A stretch of DNA of 64,000 nucleotides from an uncultured Gemmatimonadales bacterium (GTDB taxonomy: Bacteria; Gemmatimonadota; Gemmatimonadetes; Longimicrobiales; Gaopeijiaceae). Location: contig CAWELD010000003.1 of assembly GCA_963809895.1 (NCBI GenBank), forward strand, positions 1,120,001-1,184,000, written 5' to 3'. Shown piece by piece: positions 28,113 to 38,083 of the stretch. Both the position numbers and the translations under genes were made by a program. The notes beneath the pieces were generated by a model that saw nothing but the letters and a program-made list of their open reading frames with translations, did no database searches and was not told the DNA's origin. The stretch's first letter is position 1. Each line of letters opens with the position of its first letter.

Positions 28113-30803
28113 TCACTCGGCCTGGAGGGCCTCGGCGGGATCCACCCGCGTGGCCCTCCGGGCCGGAATCCAGGAGGCCAGCAGGGTCGCGAGCACGAGC
28201 ACGCCCGCCGCCGCCGCCAGCGTCGCCGGATCCCCCGCGGCCACGCCGTACAGGAGGGACTCCATGACCCGCCCCAGCCCCCAGGCTCCCGCCAGCCCCA
28301 GGGCGACACCCAGCGCGACGATGCGGAGGGTGTGCCCGAGCACGAGGTTCCGCACCTGGCTCGCCTGTGCACCCAGGGCCATGCGCAGCCCCAGCTCGCC
28401 CCGGCGGGTGCCCACCTGGTACGAGACCACGCCGTAGAGGCCCGCGAGCCCCAGGACCAGCGCGGTGAAGGCGGCGATCCCGAGCAGCAGGAGCGTGAAG
28501 GTGGTGCGTACGGTGGAGCGGGCCACCACCTCGGTCACGGGACCTTCGATGGTCACCGGAACGTCGGGATCCAGCGCCGCGACGGTCTGGCGGACCTGAC
28601 CGGCCAGGGCTCCCTCCCCGCCCACGTTGCCGCGCACGAGCAGCGTCAGCGAATGGGGCGCCCATCCCTCGCCGTAGGCACCGAGCATGGGATAGTAGAT
28701 CTGCTCGATGGGGTCGGCGGCCGGTCCCTCCGCGCGCACGGCGCCCACCACTCCCACGACGCGATAGAAGCCGAAGCCGGGACGCATGGGCCCGGGCCGA
28801 ACCGCCTTCCCCAGAGGATCCTCGCCAGGCCACAGGCGCTGGGCGAGGTTCTCGCTGACCACGGCCACGGGAAGCCGGTTCGCGGCGTCGGCCGACTCCA
28901 GGAATCGGCCCTCGACCAGGGGGATCGACAGCAGGCTGCGGTACTCGGCGCTGGCACTGGTGCTCTGAGGCACGCAGGGCGGGAGCTCGTCGGCGCCCAG
29001 GACCACGCCTTCGACGTAGAGCGAGGTGCATCCCCGGGTTCCGTCGCTGATGGGCGTGGGCCCCACCGCTGCGGACGCCACGCCGGGGAGGGCCCGAAGG
29101 CGCCCGAGCAGATCTTCGACGAAGACGCGGGCTTCCTCCTCGGGGTAGACGTCGGCCGGGACCGAGACGTGGGCCGCCAGCACCCCGGCGGATCGGAACC
29201 CGAGGTCCACGGACCGAAGACTCCGGAAGGTACGAACCATGAGGGCAGCGCCCGACAGGAGCACCAGGGCGAGCGCCACCTGGGCGACCACCAGCCGCCC
29301 CCGCACGGCGCTGCCCTGTGCGCCCTGCGTCCCCCGGCTCACGAGGGCATCACTTCCACCCCGTCCGAGCCGCAGGCGCGGGTAGAGCCCCAGCGCCAGC
29401 GCTCCCAGGAGGGCGAGGACGAGCACCAGGCCCACGGTGGCGCCCCCCATGGACAGGCCGTCGAGGCGCGGAATGCTCGGCGGCGTCAGCGCCACCAGCG
29501 TCCGCACGCCCCACCAGGCCAGCACGAGGCCCAGAGCCCCGGCCGCCAGGCACACGACCAACGCCTCGGCCACGAACAGGCGGACGAGCTGCCCGCCCGA
29601 CGCCCCCAGCGCCGTGCGCACGGCCACCTCCCTTCGCCGGCTCTCGGTCCGAACCAGGAAGAGATTGGCGACGTTGCCCAGGGCGACCAGCAGCACGATG
29701 CCCACCGCTCCGAGCAGGATCCACAGCGCCCGCTCCACCCCGCCCACCACCTCGTCGCGCAACGAGCGGGCGTGGCTCCGCAACCCGAACTGATCGACCA
29801 GAGTCGAGAAGAACGGGAAGGCTTCGAGCTGCAGGCCCTGCAGGCGTTCGACCTCGGCGGTGGCGGCCGACAGGTCGAGTCCCGGTGCCAGGCGCGCCAG
29901 CACGGACAGTCGGAACTGATCGGTGGCGGGCTCGGTGGCGCGCAGAGCCAGCGGCGTCCACAGCTCGACCCGAACCGTCGGCAGCTCGACATCCCGCGCC
30001 ATCACGCCCACGACCTCGCGAGGCACGCCGTCCACCTCCACCGTGCGTCCCACCACGGCCGCGTCACCCCCGTAGCGTCGCTGCCAGAGCCCCCACGACA
30101 GGACGGTCACGGGCGCCGCCGCGGGACGATCGTCGGTGTCGTCGAACAACCGGCCGACGGCGGCGGTGGCGCCCAGCATTTCCAACAGGCTGGCCGTGGC
30201 ATGGGCCGTCCGCACCTCGGTGGCCGGCGCGCTTCCGCCCAGGACCACGCTCGCCGTCTGGTAGGCGCCCATGGCCTCGAACGCCCGCGTCTGGTCCCGG
30301 AAGAGCTGGTACTCCTGACGGGTCAGCGGCCAGTCCCCCCGGTCGGCGCCCGGCACGGTCATGGTGTGGTAGACCGTGACGATGCGTGCGGCGCCCGGAT
30401 ACGGAAGGGGGCGCAGGAGGACCGCGTCCACCACCGTGAAGATGGCCGCGGCCGCACCCAGCCCCACCCCCAGCGTGACGATGGAGATCCCGAAGAACCC
30501 CGGCGCCCGGAGCGTGCCCCTCGCCGCCCGCGTGATGTCCTTGACCATGCCCCTCATCCCTTCCCCCCATGTGGTTGTCTTCGCCCCGAACCCGCGTGAT
30601 CTCGCCCCGTCGATACGGCGGAGCGTCCAGGCGTCGGCCAGCGCGCCCATGGCCAGCCGCACGTCGCCCGAGCCGGCGCGCTGGCGGGCCGCGGCGAGCT
30701 CGGCCCGCCATTCCCTCAACCAGGCCGCCCGGCGTCGGGACGGCACCAGCCAGGCCCACACCTCCACGAGCCGGCGTGCCAGCCCACCCCCTTTGGGCCC
30801 CAT
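28113..30803 (-). CDS. Duplicated MacB/FtsX-type orphan ABC permease (ADOP family)
   Basis: Two MacB_PCD+FtsX halves; NVANLFL, RRREVAVRTALGA, RRGELGLRMALGA, PARRATRVDP. Confidence 0.9.
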   Translation of the reverse strand: MGPKGGGLARRLVEVWAWLVPSRRRAAWLREWRAELAAARQRAGSGDVRLAMGALADAWTLRRIDGARSRGFGAKTTTWGEGMRGMVKDITRAARGTLRAPGFFGISIVTLGVGLGAAAAIFTVVDAVLLRPLPYPGAARIVTVYHTMTVPGADRGDWPLTRQEYQLFRDQTRAFEAMGAYQTASVVLGGSAPATEVRTAHATASLLEMLGATAAVGRLFDDTDDRPAAAPVTVLSWGLWQRRYGGDAAVVGRTVEVDGVPREVVGVMARDVELPTVRVELWTPLALRATEPATDQFRLSVLARLAPGLDLSAATAEVERLQGLQLEAFPFFSTLVDQFGLRSHARSLRDEVVGGVERALWILLGAVGIVLLVALGNVANLFLVRTESRRREVAVRTALGASGGQLVRLFVAEALVVCLAAGALGLVLAWWGVRTLVALTPPSIPRLDGLSMGGATVGLVLVLALLGALALGLYPRLRLGRGGSDALVSRGTQGAQGSAVRGRLVVAQVALALVLLSGAALMVRTFRSLRSVDLGFRSAGVLAAHVSVPADVYPEEEARVFVEDLLGRLRALPGVASAAVGPTPISDGTRGCTSLYVEGVVLGADELPPCVPQSTSASAEYRSLLSIPLVEGRFLESADAANRLPVAVVSENLAQRLWPGEDPLGKAVRPGPMRPGFGFYRVVGVVGAVRAEGPAADPIEQIYYPMLGAYGEGWAPHSLTLLVRGNVGGEGALAGQVRQTVAALDPDVPVTIEGPVTEVVARSTVRTTFTLLLLGIAAFTALVLGLAGLYGVVSYQVGTRRGELGLRMALGAQASQVRNLVLGHTLRIVALGVALGLAGAWGLGRVMESLLYGVAAGDPATLAAAAGVLVLATLLASWIPARRATRVDPAEALQAE

Positions 30804-30810
30804 GGCCTGG

Positions 30811-31137
30811 TCAGCCCCCCTGATCCGGCGCGAGCCCCAGGATCCGCTGCTGCGCGCGCACCCGCTCCAGCGCTTCCGACCTGGCCTCGTCGCCCGCCGG
30901 CGTGAGCGCATAGTACCGGCGTGCGGGCCGCCCCGAGCGGTGCGCCTCCTCGTCCTCCTCCCAGGAAGCCCTCACGAGGCCGTCGGCCTCCATGCGTCGC
31001 AGCGCCGGATAGACGGTTCCGCTGGACAGCCCGGTCCGTTCGATGATCTCCAGGCCGTAGCGGCACCCCCCGGCCAACGCCGATAGCACCAGGGTGGCAT
31101 TGTAGCCCAGTGCGCTCTCTCGTCGGTCGCCCCTCAT
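30811..31137 (-). CDS. PadR-family transcriptional regulator
   Basis: YGLEI, GTVYPALRRME, RRYYALTPAG. Confidence 0.9.
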   Translation of the reverse strand: MRGDRRESALGYNATLVLSALAGGCRYGLEIIERTGLSSGTVYPALRRMEADGLVRASWEEDEEAHRSGRPARRYYALTPAGDEARSEALERVRAQQRILGLAPDQGG

Positions 31138-31161
31138 CTGCTCGCTCCGTCGCCGTGCGTA

Positions 31162-31209
31162 GGCTATATCGGTTTCGCTGTAGCCTAGTATATCTATTTC
31201 GACATAGCC
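31162..31209 (-). promoter_or_regulatory. Putative PadR operator (two 20-bp imperfect palindromes)
   Basis: CTATATCGGTTTCGCTGTAG (31164-31183) and GTATATCTATTTCGACATAG (31188-31207); AT-rich, just upstream of padR. Confidence 0.55.
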
Positions 31210-31338
31210 CGGCAACAGGGGGCCCGGCGGCTACGGTACGAGACCGGCTCTCCGCTCCCGGACGCGCGACGGGGCCATCGGCCGAGCGGCCGATGACCCC
31301 GACGGTTCTCGCTTCCTCGGCGTCCTCCCGCAGGCGAT

Positions 31339-34074
31339 CTACATACCGCCCTCGTGGGCGCCGTAGTAGATGGCGTTGAACACCAGCGGGAAGGTGGCGT
31401 GCGTCTGGCCACGGAAGGTCACTTCGGGACCGAACATGAACAGCTTGCCGTCGCCCAGGTCGGCCTCGACGAAGGGGGCACCCCCCTCCAGCCGTTCCTG
31501 CCCCCACGCCCACCCGCTGCGCAACGGGTGCGGCGAATCGAAATGGGCCAGCGCGCGGACGCCCTGCGCCCCCGGGGCGACCTTGAACACCGGGCTGTTG
31601 CTGAACATCACGTCCACCCGGTCACCCATGCCCGTGGTGACCGGGCTCTGCTCCAGCGCGACACTCAGGAGCGAGCCCGGAATGTAGTAGTCCTCCCGCC
31701 GGGGCATCTCTCCGTTCACCTCGAGCTGCATGCCCACCGGCAGCTCGGCCCGCTCGGCCAGGCTGGTGGAGCTGCCGATGGCGATGATGGCCCCACCGTC
31801 GCGGCCGAACTCCATGATCTGCGGGATCGTGGTCTCCTCGGTGATGCTACCGAGTCGATCGCGGTACTCCTCCGGAATGCTGGAGGCGAAGTCGTCGGGC
31901 ATGCCTCCGAAGCGTCGGCCGCCGCCGCTGGCCGAGCGGATGGCGCCGTCGGGAAAGATGAGCACGTCGTAGCTGTCGCGCAGATTCCCGGCGTCGAGCT
32001 CGGGTGGATACACCACGTCGTAATCGAACTCGAACTGCTCGAGAATGAAGCGAAGCCAGCCGCTGTCGATGGAGCCGCCGTACTGGTCGTAGAGTCCGAT
32101 GCGCACCGGATCGAGCTCCATGGAGTCACCCGACGGCCGCGAGCTCACGGCCCGCACCGGGACCCCCGTGTCGCGGGCGCCCTGCTCCAGGAGTTGACGC
32201 TGACGGCCACCGTCGAAGTAGAAGGCCCCGGCGGGGTAGCTCTGCCCGTCGACCGTCACCGGATCCTTCATCCAGTAGACGTCGTTGCCTGCCTTGAGCG
32301 CCCGATTCACCAGCACGAACGCGTCGTTGACCCTGTGGTCCACCAGGAAGCCCGCCGCCTGCTGAGGGCCCGCGATCGTCACGGGATCCGGGTCGATGGT
32401 GAAGGCGTCGATGGCCTGGAAGGGTCCGTCGAAGGCCTCCTTGGGAGCGTCGTAGTCCACGCCCATGGAGAAGGCCAGCGTCCATCCGGCCACGTCGTAC
32501 GGCGGCGTCGGCGGGGCACCTGGATAGGCGAAGTCGTTGGGATGCTGCTGCGGCAGGAACATGTCCATGACCTGCGGTGCGAACGCCTGATCCGACTTCA
32601 CGACGAACGATCCGGCCGGATACTGCTTGCCGGCCACCGTGAAGGGCGCCGTGGCCCGCTGCACCTCGACGCCGTTCATGAGAAGGGCGTTGATGAACTT
32701 GCGAGCCGTCTGGAAATCGGCCTGATCGGCGGTGACGATGAAGCCCCGGGGATCCCGGTCCTCGGGCTTGTGCAGGAGCCGCTCGTAGTCGTCGTGGTCT
32801 CCCGCCCGACCGACGGCGGCCTGCGCCGAGTCCACCTCGAACGGCAGGACCGTCCAGCTGTCACGGGTCCCCGCCTCGACGGCGTTCATCCCCATGCGCC
32901 ACATGTTGAAGAGGAGGTGGTCCTTGTTCCGCGAAGCGTAGTCCAGCACCGCCCGGTTCGAGGTCTGCGAATAGTCGATGGACTGCTTGAAGTGCCACAC
33001 GCCGGGCTCAACCGGCAGGGGCAGGTCCGCCGTGGAGATCTGCTTCGACGGAATGAAGGGGATCTCGATGGGCGTCGGGTTGCCGATGATCTCGGTGAGC
33101 AGGCCGATCTGGTTGTGGAAGTACGGCGTCGTGCGCAGTCCACCGTTCCACCAGGTGGAGTAGGTGGCGCCGCTCCGCATGGTGGTGCCGCCCTTTCCCT
33201 CGACGATGAAGCGCTGGTGCATGGCCGATCCCACCTGGTCCAGCGAGGTCTTCATCATGGGATCGACGAACCAGTTCATGGGATCCCGGAACGGCGGCCC
33301 GAACATCACCGTGCCGGCCGGCCCGGTCTGATGGTGGTTGTAGACGATCTGGGGATACCACTCGGTGTAGAGGACCCGATTGATGTTCTGGGTCTCCGAC
33401 AGATTCGACATGTAGAAGTCGCGGTTGTTGTCGTGTCCCGCGTACTTCTCGTAGAGAACGGGGATCCCCGAGGTGCTGCGCTCCATGGGATCCTCGTTGC
33501 GCATGTACCACCCGGCCACCAACGCCTGACCGTCGGGGTTCACCTGAGTGGCCAGGAGGATGTCGTCGTTCAGGAAGCGCAGCGTCTCCGGGTCGTTCAG
33601 GCTCACCATGTCGTACACGAGCTGCATGAGCTGCTGCGCGCCCACCACCTCGGTGGCGTGCAGGCCCCCGTCGATCCACACCACCGCCTTTCCTTCGTGG
33701 GCGAGCTGCATCGCCTCGCTGGAGCTGAGCCCACGGGCACGTGCCAATCGCTCCGTGAGCTGACGGTAGTGCTCGAGATTCCGCTGATTCTCGGGCGACG
33801 TGATGATGGCCTGGTATTGGGGCCTCCCCTCTTCGGTCTCGCCAATGGACCGGACGATCATGCGGTCCGACTCGGAGGCGAGCTGGTCCCAATACGCCAT
33901 GAGCTGATCGTAGGTGGCCAGCTGGTAGTCGGCGCCGATCTCGAAGCCCAGGAATTCCTCGGGCGTCGTGATGCCGGGCAGGCGCGGCCCGTCGACCTGG
34001 GCCTGGACCGCCGGGGCCACCAGGGCCGCCGCCAGGATCAGCATGAGTCCCGTTCGCCAGATGCGCTTCACCAT
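31339..34074 (-). CDS. Secreted M14-family zinc carboxypeptidase
   Basis: Signal peptide; WIDGGLHATE, NPDG, GHDNNRD, HHQ; C-terminal glutamine-amidotransferase-like domain. Confidence 0.88.
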   Translation of the reverse strand: MVKRIWRTGLMLILAAALVAPAVQAQVDGPRLPGITTPEEFLGFEIGADYQLATYDQLMAYWDQLASESDRMIVRSIGETEEGRPQYQAIITSPENQRNLEHYRQLTERLARARGLSSSEAMQLAHEGKAVVWIDGGLHATEVVGAQQLMQLVYDMVSLNDPETLRFLNDDILLATQVNPDGQALVAGWYMRNEDPMERSTSGIPVLYEKYAGHDNNRDFYMSNLSETQNINRVLYTEWYPQIVYNHHQTGPAGTVMFGPPFRDPMNWFVDPMMKTSLDQVGSAMHQRFIVEGKGGTTMRSGATYSTWWNGGLRTTPYFHNQIGLLTEIIGNPTPIEIPFIPSKQISTADLPLPVEPGVWHFKQSIDYSQTSNRAVLDYASRNKDHLLFNMWRMGMNAVEAGTRDSWTVLPFEVDSAQAAVGRAGDHDDYERLLHKPEDRDPRGFIVTADQADFQTARKFINALLMNGVEVQRATAPFTVAGKQYPAGSFVVKSDQAFAPQVMDMFLPQQHPNDFAYPGAPPTPPYDVAGWTLAFSMGVDYDAPKEAFDGPFQAIDAFTIDPDPVTIAGPQQAAGFLVDHRVNDAFVLVNRALKAGNDVYWMKDPVTVDGQSYPAGAFYFDGGRQRQLLEQGARDTGVPVRAVSSRPSGDSMELDPVRIGLYDQYGGSIDSGWLRFILEQFEFDYDVVYPPELDAGNLRDSYDVLIFPDGAIRSASGGGRRFGGMPDDFASSIPEEYRDRLGSITEETTIPQIMEFGRDGGAIIAIGSSTSLAERAELPVGMQLEVNGEMPRREDYYIPGSLLSVALEQSPVTTGMGDRVDVMFSNSPVFKVAPGAQGVRALAHFDSPHPLRSGWAWGQERLEGGAPFVEADLGDGKLFMFGPEVTFRGQTHATFPLVFNAIYYGAHEGGM

Positions 34075-34365
34075 CGAATGACCTCTCAGGAGATGTGTCG
34101 GTTCGGGCAGGGGCGTCATTTTCTGACCGCGAGGAGCCGCCGTCAACAGCAGCGGTGCCCCGACCCCTCGTTGCCGCGCGAGCGTTCCACCCCATGGACC
34201 CCCGGTGCGTCCGGTATGCTGACGCCCCCTCCGCACCGGGTACTGCGGCGACCTACCCCTGCTCCGTGGCCGCGGGTTGCGACGGAAGGGCCTGTCGGAA
34301 CCCGGAAAGCATTTTCCGGTATAAGCTTAGAAGCCCCGGATAATCCACGCACAGAAGGAGATGGT

Positions 34366-34716
34366 TTGGGTAAAGGCCACAGAAAGACCGACCTGGACAA
34401 GGCACGAGACGAGCTCATGAGCCACGTTGTCCGCTGCGAGGTGCTGGAAGCGCAGATGGAGCACCGGATGGAGTGGCTTGACGATACGATGGACTTCATG
34501 GCCGAGAGGTATCCGCAGTTGAGCGACCTGCAACTCGCTCAGCTCGAGATGATGGGCCGACGCTTCCTGCGTCCCGCCATCCCGCACGGTGCCGATCACA
34601 ACGCCATGACGCGCAAGAAGGCCGGCAGCGCTGCGCCGACCGCCACGGCGGAGACCGAGGCCGAAGCGACCGATGTGGAGTCGCCGGAGCCGGCTGGAGC
34701 GCGCGAAGCGGCCTGA
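34366..34716 (+). CDS. Small hypothetical cytoplasmic protein
   Basis: TTG start after GAAGGAG RBS; helical core ARDELMSHVVRC...WLDDTMDFMAERYP; followed by a terminator. Confidence 0.7.
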   Translation: MGKGHRKTDLDKARDELMSHVVRCEVLEAQMEHRMEWLDDTMDFMAERYPQLSDLQLAQLEMMGRRFLRPAIPHGADHNAMTRKKAGSAAPTATAETEAEATDVESPEPAGAREAA

Positions 34717-34744
34717 GGCGACAGGCGCATCAGCACCATGAGGT

Positions 34745-34782
34745 GAAAGGGGGCGCCGGACTGGGATCCGGCGCCCCCTTTC
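34745..34782. terminator. Bidirectional terminator-like hairpin
   Basis: Perfect 16-bp stem GAAAGGGGGCGCCGGA / TCCGGCGCCCCCTTTC between convergent genes. Confidence 0.75.
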
Positions 34783-34809
34783 GCACGTCGGTGGCGGTCC
34801 GCCGCTCCG

Positions 34810-35517
34810 TCAGCCTTCGGTCCGGAGCTCGCCCAGGGTGGTGACCCGACCCTTCGCGGCCCATCGCCCCAGCGTCTCCTCTTCGGGTTCCAGGCCCAGC
34901 CCCCAGGTGGCGTCACGAAGGGCTGTGACGGCGAATCCCCGTGCCTGCAGGCCGTCCACGGCTCCCGTCACGCACACGTCGCGAGCCACGCCCACGACCA
35001 CGAAACGGAGCGGACGTCCGAGCTCCTCCTCCAGCGTCTCCAGGAACGCCTCGGTGCCCGTGTTTCCCTCGAAGACGTCGAACCGGTTCTTGCGGATGAA
35101 GACGGCGTGGCCGGTGGACGCGGCCCGGCGGGCCACCCGCTCGGCCGCCTCCTCGTCGGCCTCCACCTCCAGGATCTCCGGCTCCTCGGGCCGGATCTCC
35201 TTCACGATCCTGGCTCCCTTGCGCTCCTTCTTGTCGTCTGAGCGGCCCATGCAATGGGGCGGATAGGTGCCGCGGGTTGGATCCGGTGACTCGGCGTCGA
35301 TCTCGGCATCGTCGTAGCCGTGCCAGTCCCCGGTGAAGACCACCAGGTCGCAGTGACGCTCCATCCAGGCCACGGCCTCCACGATGCGCTCCCGTACCTG
35401 GCTCGCGCCCGGGTCGTCGGGATTCTCCAGATCCTTCACGTACAGACGTCCGTCTGGGCGCATGAAGTCGTTCTGAACGTCCACAACCCAGCCGATGCAC
35501 GCCGAGTCCTTCACCAT
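34810..35517 (-). CDS. pncA: Nicotinamidase (isochorismatase family)
   Basis: VDVQNDF, DWH, PPHC, K and ARDVCV triad residues; adjacent to a nicotinate PRTase. Confidence 0.8.
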   Translation of the reverse strand: MVKDSACIGWVVDVQNDFMRPDGRLYVKDLENPDDPGASQVRERIVEAVAWMERHCDLVVFTGDWHGYDDAEIDAESPDPTRGTYPPHCMGRSDDKKERKGARIVKEIRPEEPEILEVEADEEAAERVARRAASTGHAVFIRKNRFDVFEGNTGTEAFLETLEEELGRPLRFVVVGVARDVCVTGAVDGLQARGFAVTALRDATWGLGLEPEEETLGRWAAKGRVTTLGELRTEG

Positions 35518-35582
35518 CCCTCCCTGTTGATCTGCGTCTCGCTTCGCGGGGTCCCCGCGCAGGGCGCCACCCCCGAAAGCCG

Positions 35583-36716
35583 CTATTCGACGCGCTCCAT
35601 GCGCCGATTGGGGTGAAAACGTCGTCCCACCTTGGCCACGTCGCGGCCCTCCACCCTCACCACGTCGGCGGTGAAGTCGTACTGGCCCCCGATGAGCGCC
35701 GAGCCCACACCGTACGAGTCCACCGGCACGTCGAGGGCCTTGAAGCGGCGGATCTTGTCCGCGTCGAATCCCCCCGACACGACGATGCGAACCCCGCTGA
35801 AGCCCTCACGGTCCAACGCCTCCCGCACGTTCCACACCAACTGGGGCGTGACCCCACGGGGGTCGAACTCACCCATCTGGGGCAGGACCGACCGGTCCAC
35901 GACGTTGCCGGACGTGTCCAGCCGAACCCCGTAGAGACGCTCGCCCAGGGCTCTGGCCACCGCGAGGGAGGTGGCCACGCAATCGTTGTCCCAGTCCACG
36001 AGGCTGATGACGCGCACGGACTCGGGCATCTGACGGGCGAAGGCAGCGGTGGCCGCGACCGTATCGCCATCGAAGGCCGCGATGAGCGCGTGGGGCACGG
36101 TACCCATGCCCTCGGAGCCCCACCACGAGGCCTGGGCGTCGGTGGAGACGCCGATCGCCCCGGCGATGTGGGCCGCCCATCCGTCTCCGGTCTGCACCAT
36201 CCAGTGATCGTGTCGCGCCGGAAAGAAGAGCACCGGTTGGGGCCAGGCCGCCTCCACCACCTGGCGTGTGTTGGTGGCGATGCGCGTGCGCCGGGCCAGG
36301 ACCCCGAGGTAGAGCGTCTCCAGGTGCGCGAAGGACGCATAGGGACCGGTGATGTGCATCACGGTGTCCCAGGGCCGGACCCGATCACCGTCGCGGAGCG
36401 ACCAGACCTCGAGATCCCCGAAGTCGTACCCCTCGGTGAGGCACAGCTTCAGGATGGCGATGGCTTCGTCGGTTCCCGCGACCCAGGCCTCCTTCTTCTG
36501 GAACACCTGCATCGTGACCCGGGGGTCGCGGCTCTCACCCACGAGCACCTCGCGAGCCCGCACGAAGTACTTATCCGAGTAATAGCCGGACCTCATCTTC
36601 TCCACCGGAAGGTGGAAGATGGAGGGATCGAGGCGGGGTTCGGAGCGCAGCGGCGGAGGCGGAACCGCCCCCCGTGACTCCGGGTCGGGAGGGTCCTTAC
36701 GTATCGTTTCGGTCAT
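35583..36716 (-). CDS. pncB: Nicotinate phosphoribosyltransferase (type II PRTase)
   Basis: YSDKYF, FPARH, GTVPHAL, GVRLDTSG, VSGGF, YGVGS, KVGR. Confidence 0.8.
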   Translation of the reverse strand: MTETIRKDPPDPESRGAVPPPPLRSEPRLDPSIFHLPVEKMRSGYYSDKYFVRAREVLVGESRDPRVTMQVFQKKEAWVAGTDEAIAILKLCLTEGYDFGDLEVWSLRDGDRVRPWDTVMHITGPYASFAHLETLYLGVLARRTRIATNTRQVVEAAWPQPVLFFPARHDHWMVQTGDGWAAHIAGAIGVSTDAQASWWGSEGMGTVPHALIAAFDGDTVAATAAFARQMPESVRVISLVDWDNDCVATSLAVARALGERLYGVRLDTSGNVVDRSVLPQMGEFDPRGVTPQLVWNVREALDREGFSGVRIVVSGGFDADKIRRFKALDVPVDSYGVGSALIGGQYDFTADVVRVEGRDVAKVGRRFHPNRRMERVE

Positions 36717-36806
36717 TCATCGAAGATAGGAGCGCGGCGACGACCCCGCAGGTCCAGCCGCGCCCCGGGCTTGTGGGCAGCGCCCGACATCTCGATACTC
36801 TCCGCA

Positions 36807-38054
36807 ATGGCAACGCTCTTCTGGGTCCTGGTGGCAACGCTCTCCACCTCGTTCCTGTGCTCCGTCCTGGAGGCCGTGCTCCTCTCCATCACCCATTCCC
36901 ACGTGGTGATGCTCCAGGAGAGGGGGGACCGGGCGGGTGAGCTCCTGGACCGCATGCGCAAGAAGATCGACGAGCCCATCGCGGCCATCCTCACGTTGAA
37001 CACCATCGCCAACACCATGGGCGCGACGCTCGCCGGCGCGCTGGCGCTGCAGGTGTTCGGCAGCCGCTGGATGGCGCTCTTCTCGGCCGCCATGACCCTG
37101 GGCATCCTGCTCTTCTCCGAGATCGTGCCCAAGACGCTGGGCGCGACGTTCTGGCCCCAGCTCGCTCGCCCCGCCGCCTTCGTGCTGCGGGTCATGATCG
37201 TGGTCATGAAGCCGATCCTCGTGCCGCTGTCGGCCTTCGCCCGTGTCATCGCCGGCAACACCGCGCGCCCCACCATCAGCCGCTCCGAACTGGAGGTGCT
37301 CGCCGAGATCGGGCGCAGGGAGGGCACGCTGGACGAGGAGGAGTGGAAGGTGGTCTCCAACGTCATCCGGCTGGACCAGGTGGCGGTGAGCGAGGTGATG
37401 ACACCCCGCACGGACATGGTGGCCGTGCCTGCCAGCGCCACGGTGGCCGAGGCGAAGGACGTCATGCTGGACAAGGGCCACCTTCGGCTCCCCGTCTTCG
37501 AGGAATCCCTCGATCACATCGTGGGCATCCTGCTGGCGCGCGATCTGTGGCGGGCCGATCGGGAAGGCGTGCTCGCCATCGGCGACATCCATCGCCCACC
37601 CCTGTTCGCGCCGGCGAGCAAGCCCGTGGAGGATCTCATCCCCGAGATGCGGCGCCAACGGAACAAGATGGCCATCGTCGTGGACGAGTTCGGTGGCACC
37701 GCGGGGCTCGTCACCCTCGAGGACCTCATCGAGGAGATCATCGGAGAGATCCAGGACGAGCACGAGATGGACGAGCCCGAAGACTTCTTTCCGTTGGAAG
37801 GGGGCTCCGTGCGAGCCTGGGGCGGCGTGCCCCTCCGAGAGGTGAACGACCGCCTTGGGCTGAGCCTCCCGGACGAGCAGCACGACACGCTGGGCGGGTA
37901 CCTCTTCGGTCGCCTCGCCCGCCTCGGCCGGGTGGGAGACGTCGTGCCCGTGGAGGGGGGCGAATTCCGGGTCACACGCATGCGGGGGCGCCGCATCGAA
38001 TACGCCGTGTTCCGGGCGGCGCAGCTCCCCGACCCGGAAGAGCTCGAGGACTGA
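36807..38054 (+). CDS. CNNM/hemolysin family (DUF21 + 2 CBS + CorC) Mg/Co transporter
   Basis: SFLCSVLEAVLLS, SEIVPKTLG, VMTPR, VDEFGGTAGLVTLEDLIEEIIGEIQDE. Confidence 0.92.
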   Translation: MATLFWVLVATLSTSFLCSVLEAVLLSITHSHVVMLQERGDRAGELLDRMRKKIDEPIAAILTLNTIANTMGATLAGALALQVFGSRWMALFSAAMTLGILLFSEIVPKTLGATFWPQLARPAAFVLRVMIVVMKPILVPLSAFARVIAGNTARPTISRSELEVLAEIGRREGTLDEEEWKVVSNVIRLDQVAVSEVMTPRTDMVAVPASATVAEAKDVMLDKGHLRLPVFEESLDHIVGILLARDLWRADREGVLAIGDIHRPPLFAPASKPVEDLIPEMRRQRNKMAIVVDEFGGTAGLVTLEDLIEEIIGEIQDEHEMDEPEDFFPLEGGSVRAWGGVPLREVNDRLGLSLPDEQHDTLGGYLFGRLARLGRVGDVVPVEGGEFRVTRMRGRRIEYAVFRAAQLPDPEELED

Positions 38055-38083
38055 AGGCGGCAGGCCTCGGGGTCGGGGTCGGG

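Noticed and set aside
27753..30599. 948-aa plus-strand ORF and similar long antisense/alternate-frame ORFs (36717-39131, 13467-15740, 41802-44072, 9119-11248)
   Set aside because: They overlap well-supported genes, have Arg/Pro/Gly/His-biased composition and no motifs
31354..34365. 1120-aa plus-strand ORF
   Set aside because: Antisense shadow of the M14 peptidase, common in high-GC DNA; only the last ~116 codons look genuine
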